This document shows positions 51,872-64,000 of a stretch of DNA of 64,000 nt, piece after piece (the first letter of the stretch is position 1; the number at the start of each line of letters is the position of its first letter). The position numbers and the translations under genes are program-made. The notes under the pieces are model-generated. The model was not told the origin of the DNA. It worked only from the letters and a program-made list of their open reading frames with translations, and did no database searches. Origin of the DNA: Eledone cirrhosa (lineage: Eukaryota); NCBI GenBank assembly GCA_964016885.1, contig OZ024740.1, positions 291,276,001 through 291,340,000 of the forward strand. Direction: 5' to 3'.

Positions 51872-54626
51872 GCAACGCAAATGACATGTCGATATGTAAC
51901 ACAAACTTCAAAAAACCCGACAACCATTTGATCACCTATAGATCAGGGGAGCATTCTAGTCAGATAGATTTTATCCTCATCAGAGGACGTGACAGATGGA
52001 CGGTCATAAACGCAAAAGCCTTCCCTAATGAGGAATGTACCTCCCAACATAGCTTAGTTGTCAGCGACCTCACGATCAGAACTAGATGAACCTGGAAACA
52101 GAAGCCAGCCTGGAGAAGAAAGATCTGGAAGCTGAAAGACCCCTCAGCCAGTAACAGATTTAAAGATATTTTACTCAACGCCTACGACAGTAAAGAAGAA
52201 CAGATAGAGACATTCAATGTAGAAGAGCACTGGGAGTTCCTAAAAAATAACTTACTAAAGGTGACGGATGAGATCTGTGGCTGGAGTAAGACCACAGGCA
52301 GGAGGAGAGTGACTTGGTGGTGGAACAATAAGGTAGAATAGTGGTGGAATGAGGCCAAGAGACAGGCATGGAAAGAATGGAAGAACAAGGGAAGCAGGGT
52401 ACATTACATAGAGACCAGGAGGGAAGCTAGGAAACAAGTATACTTAGCTAGGAGGGAAGCAGAGGATAGAAAATTCAAGCATGTTTTGCAACGTGAGGAC
52501 CAGAAACAGGAGGTGTTCAAGATTGCGAGGCAGTGAGTCAGAGAGAATTGTGATGTCATTGGAGAGAAGTGTATCCGGAATGATAAAGGTGAGCTTGCCC
52601 TCACAAGTGCTGAGAAGAAAGATGCGTGGAAGAGTCATTATGATAGATTACTAAATGAGGAGAATGCATGGGAAGAAGAGACCCTACCCCAAGAGAGGCC
52701 AGCGGTACAAGTCAGCAGCAGCGCAGTAAGTAAGGCAATCAAAGATATGAAGATGGGGAAGGCAACCGGTCCATCGGGTATAGCTGCCAAGATGCTGAAG
52801 GCATCTGGGTCGGTAGGTCACACCATAACCACACGTATTGTTAACCAGGTAATACTAGAAGGTGTCATACCAAAGGATTGGTGCAGTAGCATCATTGTCA
52901 ACTGCTACAAAGGTAAAGGTGATGCACTAGATAGAGGAAACTATAGAGGTATAAAGCTGATGGACCAGGTCATGAAAGTATCAGAAAGAGTTATAGCACA
53001 GTTGATTAGGGACCGGCTGAAACTAGATGAGATGCAATTTGGGTTTGTGCCAGGAAGAGGTACCATTGATGCCCTCTTCCTTGTGAGGCAATTACAGGAA
53101 AAGTACCTAGCTAAAAGTAAGCCACTCTACTTGGCATTTGTCGACCTTGAGAAAGCCTTTGACAGAGTTCCACGTTCTGTAATCTGGTGGGCTCTTAGAA
53201 AACTAGGAGTAGATGAATGGCTTGTGTGTACAAGCCATGTATAGGGGAGCAGTCAGCAAAGTTAGGATTAGCAATGAGTATAGCGAGGAATTTAGCGTAC
53301 AGGTTGGGGTCCACCAGGGCTCTGTTCTTAGCCCCCTCCTGTTCATCATAGTCCTGCAGGCAATAACGGAGGAGTTTAAGACCGGATGCCCATGGGAACT
53401 CCTGTATGCTGATGACCTCGCACTCATAGCCGAATCTATGGTAGAACTAGAGAATAAATTCCAAACTTGGAAGCAGGGACTAGAAAGAAAGGGTCTCAAA
53501 GTCAACATGACAAAGACTAAGGTCCTTATAAGTAGACGAGAAAACAGAACCCAGATCCCCTCAGGGAAATGGCCTTGCTCAGTATGTAGGAAAGGTGTAG
53601 GTAGGAACTCCATTCTCTGCCCCAAATGCAAACAATGGGTACACAAGAGATGTAGTGGGATCTCAGGAAGCTTAACTAAGAATGTAGGCTTCACATGTAG
53701 CAGCTGTGCTGTGACAACAAGCAGCAAACAGCCACAGGAAACAAGACCACCAAACTCTGGGAGGGCTCTGTAGAAACAGTAGCCAGCTTCTGCTAGCTAG
53801 GTGACCGAATTAGCAGTGGAGGTGGGTGTTCAGAAAGTACAATAACTAGGGTAAGAACGGGATGGAAGAAGTTCAGGGAGCTACTGCCACTGCTAGCTGC
53901 AAAAGGCTTTTCCCTCAAAATGAAAGTCAGACTGTATGATGCAGGTATACGGACAGCAATGTTACATGGTCTGTGGAAGACTTGTGCAGATTAGAAAGAA
54001 ACAAAGCCTGCATGCTCCAATGGATGTGTAATAGTAATATACGCGAACAGAAAAGCATAAATGGAAGAGACTGAGCATAAGAGGAATCAAATGCTGTGTG
54101 CAGGAAAGGCGGTTGCGTTGGAATGGACATGTCATGCATATGAAGGATGATAGCTGCATAAAAAGGTGCAGAGTACTAAAAGTCGATGGAAATCGCGGAG
54201 TGGGGAGTCCCAAGAAGACCTGGGGTGAGGTGATAAAAGCCGACCTTACCCAATTACACCTCTCAAAGGCGATGACACACGACTGTGACCTCTGGCGTCA
54301 CGCAGTAATACAGAAGACCTGACCCCCCACGGGTACAAGACGAAGCTAAAGTATATAGACAATATGCCCCCACACCCTCCCACTGGAAAGTGGTCATGGA
54401 GGTGCCACGGCAAAAAAGCACCCAGCCCACACTGTAAAGTGGACGTGTAGGTGCCATGGAAAAAAGCACCCAGCACTCACTGTACATCCAGCTGTAGAAA
54501 TCAAGCCAGAATCAGTTCCTGTATGAGCAAGGCATGGTCAGCCGACCGGACACTGCCCACAACAGGACAACCCGTCTAACCCATGCTAGCATGGAAGAAC
54601 GGACGTAAAACGGTGATGATGATGAT
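51872..54626 (+). mobile_element. 5'-truncated, decayed RTE-clade LINE with 3' UTR and (GAT)n tail
   Basis: APE C-terminal part (SQIDFIL, SQHSLVV), RT (NYRGIKL, DLEKAFDRVPR, QGSVLSPLLF, YADDL), PHD-like finger, C-terminal RLRWNGHV...GSPKKTW. Multiple stops and frameshifts. Same family as 1-2640. Confidence 0.95.
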
Positions 54627-55627
54627 ATATATATATATATATATATATACATGACAGCTCATCTGGCCCAGGCAGGCATGGAAAATAGATGTTTAACACT
54701 AATGATGAATATGTACTCCAATCCACACCTTCCAGACCTCTGATACATCTCTCCTGACTAACTCATGCTTTGAAAGCCAGACATGCTCCGCACCTACCCT
54801 CAAATTGTGAAGTACTATGACAAAAAGCACCCAGTCCACCCTATAAAGTGGCAGTGGGGTGCCATGAGAAAAGTTCTCAATACACGCTGTAATGTGGTTG
54901 GCATTAGGAAGGGCATTCAGCCATAGAAAACCAGGCCTAAAACGGATCTGGAGGAGCAAGATGCCATCATCTAACCTGTCTAGCCTCATAATATGACAAC
55001 TTGTCTAACCCATGCAAACATGAAAAATAGACATTAAATGATCAAAAACTAACAACTGAAATAGTTGTAGTGCAGTATCTAACCTGATATTTAACTCTTA
55101 ATATCTTGTGATGACTTACCAGAAAACATTTTAAAATGGGGTTATTAATTCAAATGTCCAAAGTATCCTGACTAGTGGACAAACCGTATTTGTATTAGAC
55201 TAAAGACTGATTTTTTAATGTGATGCAGTCATTTTTTCTCAAAATAATGTTAAATAAGCAAGGTTGTTAATCATCTCTTAACATCCTATAAGGATTTAGC
55301 AAAAAAGATCTAAAAACAAGATTTTTCATTCAAATGATCACAGTATATTTATTAACGGCTAGATTGTTGTGAAAATTTGTAGTATTCAGGTAAAGACTTT
55401 AGTGTTTAATGTGATGCAGTTAGAATACTTTTTTGTATTTTTCAAAGATATCTTGTTAATGTGATTTGATGTGATAGAGAACATATAAAGTTAACTGCCT
55501 AAGAACACATATATAGACACGATGAAATGTCTGTCTTTGATTTAAGAAATATTTTAAGTCCTCTCAGAATTAAAAAAAATCTTTTCAACTCTTGTATTTA
55601 CTAAATGTATTTCCTTTTCTCTTCTAG

Positions 55628-55655
55628 ACTGTTCCATCAGCCAAGCAACGGACTT
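55628..55655 (+). CDS. Possible 28-nt microexon of an unknown gene
   Basis: Strong tttccttttctcttctAG acceptor and GTGAGT donor. TVPSAKQRT, phase 0-1, compatible with the exon at 57261. Confidence 0.4.
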
Positions 55656-55917
55656 GTGAGTATCAATGAAATGTTCTTAAATCTATCATAAATAATTGTA
55701 TTTATTGCCTGAAGTCATAAAACATTCACATCTGGATCCCAAATAATGTCATGTGAATATAATTTAGTAGACAGAAATTGTGCTGAAGTATATTGTTTGT
55801 GTGAGTTTGAGAGTATGTGTGTGTAAGTATGTGTGTTTGTATGTGAATGTGTGTGTCGGTGTGTGAGTGTTAATATATATATATAATAATAATTATTATT
55901 ATTATTATAATAATAAT

Positions 55918-56105
55918 TGTTTCTACTTTTGGCACAAGGCCAGCAATTATCCCAGTGTATTACTGGTACTTTATTTTATCGACCCCATAAGGATGAAAGG
56001 CAAAGTTAACCTCGGCGAGATTTGAACTCAGAATGGCAAGGGCCATAACTCTATGCGTCAAAGCATGGCGTCCGACCCTCTACCGACACTGCCAATCCAC
56101 CGCCC
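55918..56105 (-). mobile_element. tRNA-derived SINE (near-complete copy of the 12.4 kb family)
   Basis: Minus strand GGCGGTGGATTGGCAGTGTCGGTAGAG...GAGTTCAAATCTCGCCGAGGTTAACTTTGCCTTTCATCC..., with an (ATT)n-like tail. Confidence 0.8.
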
Positions 56106-56130
56106 TAATAATAATAATAATAATAATAAT

Positions 56131-56900
56131 GCGGAATTCAGAGACCCACAGACATGGTGCTGGTTAAGGAATGCTATTGACTGCACAAGAGCAAACCCTC
56201 AGAACGAAGTGGGTGAAACACCATATTGACAAGGAGGAGGCTAGCTCACTGTGTAGGATCTGTGAAGAGAGAGAGAGGAGACTGTGGCTCACATCATATC
56301 CGAGTGTAAACACCTAGCCCAGACTCACTATAAAGGCTGAAGGCATGATATAATAGCAAAGGTGATTCACTAGCATTTATACACACTAAATAATTTACCA
56401 CATTCTGAGAAGTGGTATGAGCATGAACCAGAGTCGGTGATAGAAAAGGATCAAGTGAAGGTGCTATGGGACTTCAGTATACAGACAGACAAGAAATTAG
56501 AACACAATAGGCCTGACCTGGTGGTTTTTGACAAGGAAAAAAGATTGTGCCTGATTGCAGATGTAGTCTACCCCTTTGACACAAGAGTGCAAGAAAAGGA
56601 GAAGGAGAAAATTAACTGATACCAGGATTTAAAGTGGGAGTTAAAAAGGATTTGGGGCTGTCATGAAATCAAGATCATCCCAATTGTCATAGGAGCACTA
56701 GGTACTATCTCAAAGAGTTTTCAAGAATGGTTCAAGAACATTAGCCCAGATTCTTTTTTTAGAACACTTCAAAAGGCATGCTTGCTGGGAACAGCAAGAA
56801 CCCTCTGATACGTCCTGAATATCTGAGGCTGCAGGTAGCAGCTTGATGTTCATTTGAACAAACTTTCCAGTTAAATAACATCAATGACTGAGACTCCAAG
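56131..56900 (+). mobile_element. 5'-truncated R4/Dong-type retrotransposon (CCHC + RLE), older copy
   Basis: CRIC...ETVAHIISEC, KVLWDFSIQTDKKLEHNRPDLVV. Flanked on both sides by (TAA)n. Confidence 0.9.
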
Positions 56901-57260
56901 AATAACAATAATAATAATAATAATTTCTTTATTATTGGCCACAAGGGCCGAACATAGAGGACAATACAAAGACAGAGGACAGTGGGGGTTCACATATATT
57001 CAAGTAAAAATTATAAACAAAAATAATTAACAAAAAATATCAACAATAGGTTGGCATACCACCCAGGGATGATGTTAGAAACCCCACAAATCCTAACCCA
57101 CCCTCATCTCCAAGAGCACCCTAAGAGAGTGCCCCTCTGTGTGTGTGTATCTGTCTGTCTGTGTTTATGTCCAATAATCTATCAATTTAGCAAAATAAAA
57201 AAATAACAATACTAAAGTAAATGTTATACATAGTTTTAGGTAATTGTTTCTATCTTTCAG

Positions 57261-57412
57261 ACGATTCAAATAACGATGTCACAGTGAAAGTTAGTTATAA
57301 CCATCAGGGTTTTCAGATACATCTAATTTGTTTAAACAACCGAGTTGTGTGTTTTGAGGTGAAATTGATGAAAGCAGAAAAACATATTAAGACATATCAA
57401 GTTATTCCTAAG
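57261..57412 (+). CDS. Probable internal exon of an unknown gene (beta-rich, possibly extracellular domain)
   Basis: ttctatctttcAG acceptor and AAG|GTAAGA donor. Open: DSNNDVTVKVSYNHQGFQIHLICLNNRVVCFEVKLMKAEKHIKTYQVIPK. Followed by a 66-nt intron-like segment with a good acceptor at 57478. Confidence 0.5.
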
Positions 57413-57743
57413 GTAAGACTTGATACTGTTTTATATAAACATGTTATCTATATTCTATTATTCTTTCTCTGCTTTCAGTCATTGGAAGACTTATGCAAAG
57501 GCACTGCTTTCTCGCACAGAAAATAAAGGGTCCTTAATTCCAGATGGAGTTGTAGGGATGCCAGCCCAATACACATTGTATCTTGGGAATTTTAAACATA
57601 GCAGAGCCCCTCCCTCTCCAGTTTTGAACACTGCCAATTTCTTTCAGAGATCAGTGTCTCTTCATTAGAAGATAATTTCTTCAGTGATTCTGCCTACAGA
57701 GGGGACTTTACAATGGTTGCTATTTATGTCAAGCAGGATCTTG

Positions 57744-58556
57744 TACCTTCTTCTAATTACTGAATGCTGAAGCTGGCTCATTACTGAACCAGCTCCTGTA
57801 ATTCTTGCACTTAATTCAGGCTCTTGCCTTCCATCACTCGTGAACACAGCCCTAAGATACTTGAAATTCTCTACCTGCTTCAGTGGAACTCCATTTAGAA
57901 GTAGTGTGCAGGCTTCCTTGAGAGGAGGAGCATCTCAGTTTTCACAGCACTGATTTTCATTCCAGCCATGTAGCAACAAACCTATCGAGTGCAAGTCAGA
58001 GATCACCTTCTGCAAAAGACAAACTCGCTGTCTCAATTCGGTATTTGTGCTAACCCTTACCTATGATCATGAATCTAGGGTAATAACCAAAAGAATACGA
58101 TCACGAATACAAGCAGTTGAAATGGGGTTTCTCCGAAGAGTCTTTGGAGTACTGTTACTAGATAGAGTGCATAGCTCATAAATCAGAGAGTCATTCCAGG
58201 TAGAGCTGCTACTTCTCCAAATTGAGAGATTACAGCTTTCATACTCTGGGCATGTGGTTAGAATGTCTCAGAAAAGAATCACTAGACAAATTTTACAGGC
58301 AAAACCAACTGGCAGGAGACCCAGGGGTAGACCCTGAGCAAGATGGTTGGATAACATCCATGAGCTTAGCTGGTCTCATTTGAGGAACCAGCTGGATCCA
58401 TTGGAGATAGTTGCTTCTGACAGGACTTGTTGAAGGAGTGTTTGAGGTCTCTGCCCCCTCAAGAAGAAGAAGAAGAAGAAGGAGAAGGAGAAGAAGAAGA
58501 AGGAGAAGAAGAAGAAGAAGAACAAGAACAAGAACAAGAAGAAGAAGAAGAAGAAT
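57744..58556 (+). mobile_element. RTE-type LINE copy with inverted 5' segment, followed by (GAA)n
   Basis: 57744-58020 reads on the minus strand (GMKISAVKTE...KQVENFKYL...FTSDGRQEPELSARI...VIRRR). 58021-58460 continues on the plus strand (KLAV...RIQAVEMGFLRR...GHVVRM...RPRGRP). Confidence 0.8.
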
Positions 58557-59060
58557 CACATTCTGAGAAGTGGTATGAGCATAAGCCAGAGTCGGTGATA
58601 GAAAACGATCAGGTGAAGGTGCTGTGGGATTTTAGGATACAGACGGACAAGAAACTGGAACACAATAGACCTGACCTGGTGGTTGTGGACAAAGAAAAAA
58701 GATCATGCCTGATTGTGGATGTGGCCTGCCCATTCGACACGAGAGTGCAAGAGAAGGAGAGGGAGAAAATTAACCGATACCAGGACTTAAAGTGGGAGGT
58801 AAAAAGGATTTGGAACTGCCATGAAGTCAAAGTGGTCCCGATTGTCATAGGCGCACTAGGTACTATCTCAAAAAGTTTCCAGGGATGGTTAAAGAAAATT
58901 GGCCCCTTCACGCTTTTTGGAACGCTTCAAAAGGCATGCTTGCTGGGAACAGCAAGAACCCTCCGATACGTCCTGAATATCTGAGGCTGCAGGTAGTGGC
59001 TTGATATTCATTTCAACAAACTTTCCAGTTAACTAACATCAATGACTGAGACTCAAAGAA
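58557..59060 (+). mobile_element. 5'-truncated R4/Dong-type retrotransposon (RLE domain + 3' UTR)
   Basis: KWYEHKPESVIENDQVKVLWDFRIQTD...RPDLVVVDK...IVDVACP...KEREKINRYQDL. Ends in (TAA)n. Confidence 0.92.
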
Positions 59061-59729
59061 TAATAATAATAAATAATAATAATAATAATAATAATTAATA
59101 TTTAATTTTGGATCAGGAATGTTAGAATCGAAAAGGAGAAAAATGGCAAAATGACTAAATAGCTAAATAGCTAAAAATAATTTCACCACCAACATCGCCG
59201 ACATTACCACGGTAAAAACTCTGGTCAAGTTGCCTCAACCTCTATTTCTACTCCAACTTCAACACCATCACTACAGTACTACGATCACATCACCACCGCC
59301 ACTGCCTCATTATCGCTGCCGCCGCTATTCTCTCCCACTGCCTCCTGCTAGGTACTACTAGCACAGCACTGCCACCACCACCACCACCACTACTGCCTCA
59401 TTATCACTGCCGCCGCTATTCTCTCCCACTAGCCCCCGCTACATCGTAGTGTCCCCACTAAAAGAGGAAGGCATCAAAATATATAAATAGACTGAATTGA
59501 TGACCCAGTCAAAATCAAAAAGCCAAAAATCAAAATCAAAGCAGCACAGCAACAACGAAAAACGTAAAAAAAAAAAAAATGAAGAGAAAAACAAACAGAC
59601 GGACAGAGAAGGGAATGGAAAAACTAAGTCAGACATTCAAACATTACATTACAATGAAATTTATTATTCATTTTTGGGGGGTTTTTTGCCTGTTTGTTTG
59701 TTTGTTTATTTATGTTCGTCTACAGCGTG

Positions 59730-62700
59730 ATAATGCCACACAAAAATCACCGGGAGTGACGAAATCACCGGAGGTGATGAAATCACCGGTGGCTATGTAA
59801 CCATACATTCGCCAATCCTCGATAAGAGTGTTTAAATGTCGAACCTAAACAGTTCGAATAACGGTGAAATGGAGACTAGAATGTCATGTGACAGACTCTC
59901 ACCCAACAGGTGCTCCCTGGCTCAGCAGCAGGGACCTGGCTGTCAACCAGGGACCTGGCTGTCAACCAAATACTGCTGGTGTCGGAGGAAGAACTGGACG
60001 AAAGAATTGAATAGAACTGTTATGCAATGTTACCTGAAGAGTAACCCCAAGGAGAAAGACTATAGGAAACGGATGCATAACATCTGGAACGAGATTGGTC
60101 TATTTAAATTAGATGAACAAAAATTGGCCGGGCAGGCTCGGGTAATAAGAACTAATGGGTGGATAAGTGAGCTGGAACTGGAGGAACTGAGCAGAGAGAT
60201 TAGCTTGGAGATGGAGAGTGGAGTATGCCAGGCAAACGAGCCAGTGGGAAATGAAGGTGAGGAGGTCGATAAAATGGAGGAACCACCCGAAGCAGACAAT
60301 GATCTGAATGCTGAGATAAATAATACCTGGAACAGAGATACGGCCACTGAGGAGATGAATGCTGACGGGCTAGGACAAGATTTGGTTGATATCCTAAACT
60401 TAGTGCTAGATGAATTGAACAATGATAGTGGGAAACCTATGAACCTAAGATTTGTAGACAGGAAAAAGTTAAAAGAAACAACAGCTAAGGTAAACAAAGT
60501 CGTCCCATACCTTGAGGCGAGGAGCCTTCACCAGTGCAACAATATCCTCAAAGCAACAGCAAATACGGTGAGGAAACTACTTGGTATAAAAGCGAGAGGA
60601 AACAACAAACAAGAAAGATCAGAGCCTTGGTGGAAGAAGCGACTGAGTGGTCAAATCAGGGAAATGAGAAATGACATTGGAAAGCTTGAGTCCCTACTGA
60701 ATGGGACACTAAAAAACATAGACACTAAAAATAGACTGGAAATAAAGTACAAAACTGGGAGGAAAAAGCTAAATATTATCATAGAGGAACTGAAGCAACG
60801 CATTGTAGCAAAGAGTGCAAAAATCAGGCGATACGAGAACAGAGTCAGTCAGTATAGACAGAACCGCATGTTCGACAACAACCAGAAGATGCTGTTTGGA
60901 CAGCTTGAAGGGAAAGAAAGAGGCAACGACTTGATCCCTGAGGCGGAACAAACTAAAACATTCTGGAGAGGAATATGGGAGCAGGATGTTAAACATAATG
61001 ACCAGGCAGTGTGGATTGAGACAGTACAGAAGGAGATTAGTGAACAGGCACACCAACAAACTGATTTGAGTATCACAGTTGAAACTCTTAAGGGGCAGGC
61101 CAAAAAACTAACCAACTGGAAATCACCAGGCCCAGATGGTGTGCAGGGGTATTGGATTAAAAATATAACATCCCTCCACCCGAAACTGACAACCATGTTC
61201 AATGACTGCTTGATGTCAGGTGAGGTACCAGAGTGGTTGACAAAAGGTACCACAGTTCTGATAATGAAAGACCGAATCAAGGGTAATGATGTTACCAACT
61301 ATAGACCTATCACATGTCTGTTCGTAATGTGGAAACTGTTGACAAGCATTACGTCTGAGGAAATCTACCATCACCTCCACACAAACAACTTGTTACCGGA
61401 CGAACAGAAAGGATGCCGAAAGAAGTCACGTGGTACAAAGGACCAGTTACTTATTGATAAGATGGTAATGAGGAATTGCAGGAGACACACTGGTCTTGCC
61501 ATTGGATGGATAGACTACAAAAAGGCATTTGACATGGTGCCTCATTCTTGGATCACCAAAAGCCTGGAGATCTTCAAGGTGGCAGATAACATCAGACAGT
61601 TGTTGGGCAAAAGTATGAAGTCCTGGGAAACAGAGTTAACATCAACTGGAGAATCCTTGGGAAGCGTGAAGATCAAGAGAGGTATCTTCCAGGGAGATAG
61701 TCTGTCCCCTCTGTTGTTTGTCCTTGCCCTGATGCCCCTGACCAGTGTACTGCGAAAAGTGAGAGCAGGATACAGGTTGGGAAAGGGAGGGCTTACCATC
61801 AATCACCTCCTCTTCATGGACGATCTTAAGCTCTTCGGGAAGAGTGAGAAGGAGTTGGATATGCTTGTTGACACTGTCCGTATTTTCAGCAATGATATAT
61901 GTATGCAATTTGGTATTAGTAAGTGTGGAGTCCTTGTGATGAAGAGGGTTAAATTGAGCAGAAGTAACGGAATCCAGGTACCAACAGGTGAGATGATAAA
62001 GGAAATTGACTCTGAAGAAGGATACAAGTATTTGGGTGTTCTGGAGGCTGATGACATCAAGAACAAAAAAATGAAGATAAGAACTGAATACATTCGGAGA
62101 GTAAGGAACGTATTAAAGTCACATCTGAACAGTAGGAATGCTATAAGTGCAGTAAATTCCTGAGCTGTGTCTATTATTAGGTACAGTGCGGGAATTCTGA
62201 GATGGAATGTTGCTGAACAAAAAGAAATGGATAGGAAGACTAGGAAGCTATTGACTATCTACAACATGTTCCACAAGAGGAGTGATGTCGATAGACTCTA
62301 CTTAAGGAGATCTGAAGGTGGAAGAGGTCTTATCAGCATAGAGGACTGTGTTCAGATGGAGAAAAACAACCTACACAAATACGTGACTGATAGTAAGGAG
62401 CCAATGCTCAGAACTGTACTGAAGGAGAGGACAATAGACCAGGGGATGTCCAAGGAGGAAATAACATCAAGGAGAAAGAGCAGCCTTCATGAAAAATCCC
62501 TTCATAGTACCTTCTTTGAGGAAACTGAATTCAGCGATCCACAGACATGGAACTGGTTGAAAAGAGGAGACCTTAAAAAGGCTACAGAAGGAATGTTAAT
62601 GGCTGCGCAGGAGCAGGCCCTCAAAACAAAGGAGGAGGCTAGCCCACTGTGCAGGATCTGTGGAGACTGTGGCTCACATTGTATCCGAGTGTAAACACCT

Positions 62701-63247
62701 AGCCCAGACTCACTATAAGGGCTGGAGACATGATGTGATGGGCAGGGTGATCCACTGGCACCTATGCAAAGTAAACAATTGACCACATTCTGAGAAGTGG
62801 TATGAGCATAAGCCAGAGTCGGTGATAGAAAACGATCAGGTGAAAGTGCTATGGGATTTTAGGATACAGACGGACAAGAAACTGGAACACAATAGACCTG
62901 ACCTGGTGGTTGTGGACAAAGAAAAAAGATCGTGCCTGATTGTGGATGTGGCCTGCCCATTCGACACGAGAGTGCAAGAGAAGGAGAGGGAGAAAATTAA
63001 CCGATACCAGGACTTAAAGTGGGAAGTCAAAGTGGTCTCGATTGTCATAGGCGCACTAGGTACTATCTCAAAAAGTTTCCAGGGATGGTTAAAGAAAATT
63101 GGCCCCTTCACGCTTTTTGGAACGCTTCAAAAGGCATGCTTGCAAGAACCCTCCGATACGTCCTGAATATCTGAGGCTGCAGGTAGTGGCTTGATATTCA
63201 TTTCAACAAACTTTCCAGTTAACTAACATCAATGACTGAGACTCAAA

Positions 63248-63250
<3 letters not shown>
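59730..63250 (+). mobile_element. Near full-length, inactivated R4/Dong-clade non-LTR retrotransposon (single ORF: RT + CCHC + restriction-like endonuclease)
   Basis: 775-aa ORF 59836-62163 (KSPGPDG, NYRPITCL, WIDYKKAFDMVPHSW, GIFQGDSLSPLLF, HLLFMDDLKL). In-frame stop at 62161, continuation to CRICG, frameshifted PD-D-K RLE, 3' UTR and (TAA)n. The 5' boundary is approximate. Confidence 0.95.
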
Positions 63251-63287
<37 letters not shown>

Positions 63288-63612
63288 CGACACGAGAGTG
63301 CAAGAGAAGGAGAGGGAGAAAATTAACCGATACCAGGACCTAAAGTGGGAGGTGAAAAGGATTTGGAACTGCCATGAAGTCAAAGTGATCCCGATTGTCA
63401 TAGGCGCACTGGGGACTATCTCCAAAGGTTTCCAGGGATGGTTAAAGAAAATCGGCCCCTTCACGCTTTTTGGAACGCTTCAAAAGGCATGCTTGCTTGG
63501 AACGGCAAGAACCCTCCGATACGTCCTGAATATCTGAGGCTGCAGGTAGTGGCTTGATATTCAATCCAACGGACTTTCCAGTTAACCAACATCAATGACT
63601 GAGATTCAAGGA
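63288..63612 (+). mobile_element. Short 5'-truncated R4/Dong copy inserted in the (TAA)n tail of the long copy
   Basis: DTRVQEKEREKINRYQDLK...TLRYVLNI* plus the same 3' UTR, with (TAA)n on both sides. Confidence 0.92.
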
Positions 63613-64000
63613 ATAACAATAACAATAATAATAATAATAATAATAATGATTTCTTTATTAACCACAAGGGTTTACATAAAGTAGACATTAAGGACAGTAC
63701 AGGACAATACAGGGCAGTACAAATGGGCATTTCTGCGTGTAAAAAAAAGAAACAGAGGATAATAATAATAATAATCTAGTATCTAACGGAAATGGCCAGT
63801 ATAATTTGCATGATATGCATTTGTTTAGAAATGCAAGTAATTAATATATGCTGAGTTCTGCATATATATTTATTTAGCGAGGGCATTCATGACTTTGTTA
63901 TGCCACTAAACATACTTTGTCAGAGATGGCTTACATGTTGCCAGAACATATTTCAATGATGCTTAACATCTACACCAATTACACAGCATTGTGACACCAC

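Noticed and set aside
58427-58984. Poly-Glu plus nuclease ORF as a host gene
   Set aside because: Chance in-frame fusion of a (GAA)n tract with a truncated Dong RLE fragment.
59730-59970. HDV-like ribozyme in the Dong 5' region
   Set aside because: Only an 18-bp triple repeat (AAATCACCGG core) and a 19-bp duplication are evident; no nested double pseudoknot was found.
60060-62093. Antisense ORFs over the Dong and RTE coding regions
   Set aside because: Shadow ORFs of retrotransposon coding sequence.

Overview
AT-rich, repeat-dense eukaryotic DNA. The repeat complement suggests a mollusc, probably an octopus/cephalopod (inference). The window holds the 3' exons of a single-pass receptor gene (TM exon plus a large terminal exon resembling a SEFIR/TIR domain, IL-17-receptor-like) at 5.1-10.4 kb, and a few exons of a second unknown gene at 55.6-57.5 kb. 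Most of the rest is transposon-derived: two decayed RTE-clade LINEs plus many 5'-truncated 3' ends, a cluster of R4/Dong-type RLE retrotransposons in (TAA)n, Helitron, Tc1/mariner, hAT and piggyBac-like remnants, tRNA-derived SINEs, and four tandem arrays (33, 36, 34 and 35 bp units; the last spans about 13 kb with block duplications). The most striking unannotated signal is a dense set of fold-back elements embedded in (TA)n tracts between about 6.5 and 23 kb. Many carry intact or decayed hammerhead-ribozyme cores (CTGANGA...GAAA...NUH), consistent with Penelope-like pseudo-LTR/retrozyme-type elements. All calls were made by eye, without database searches.
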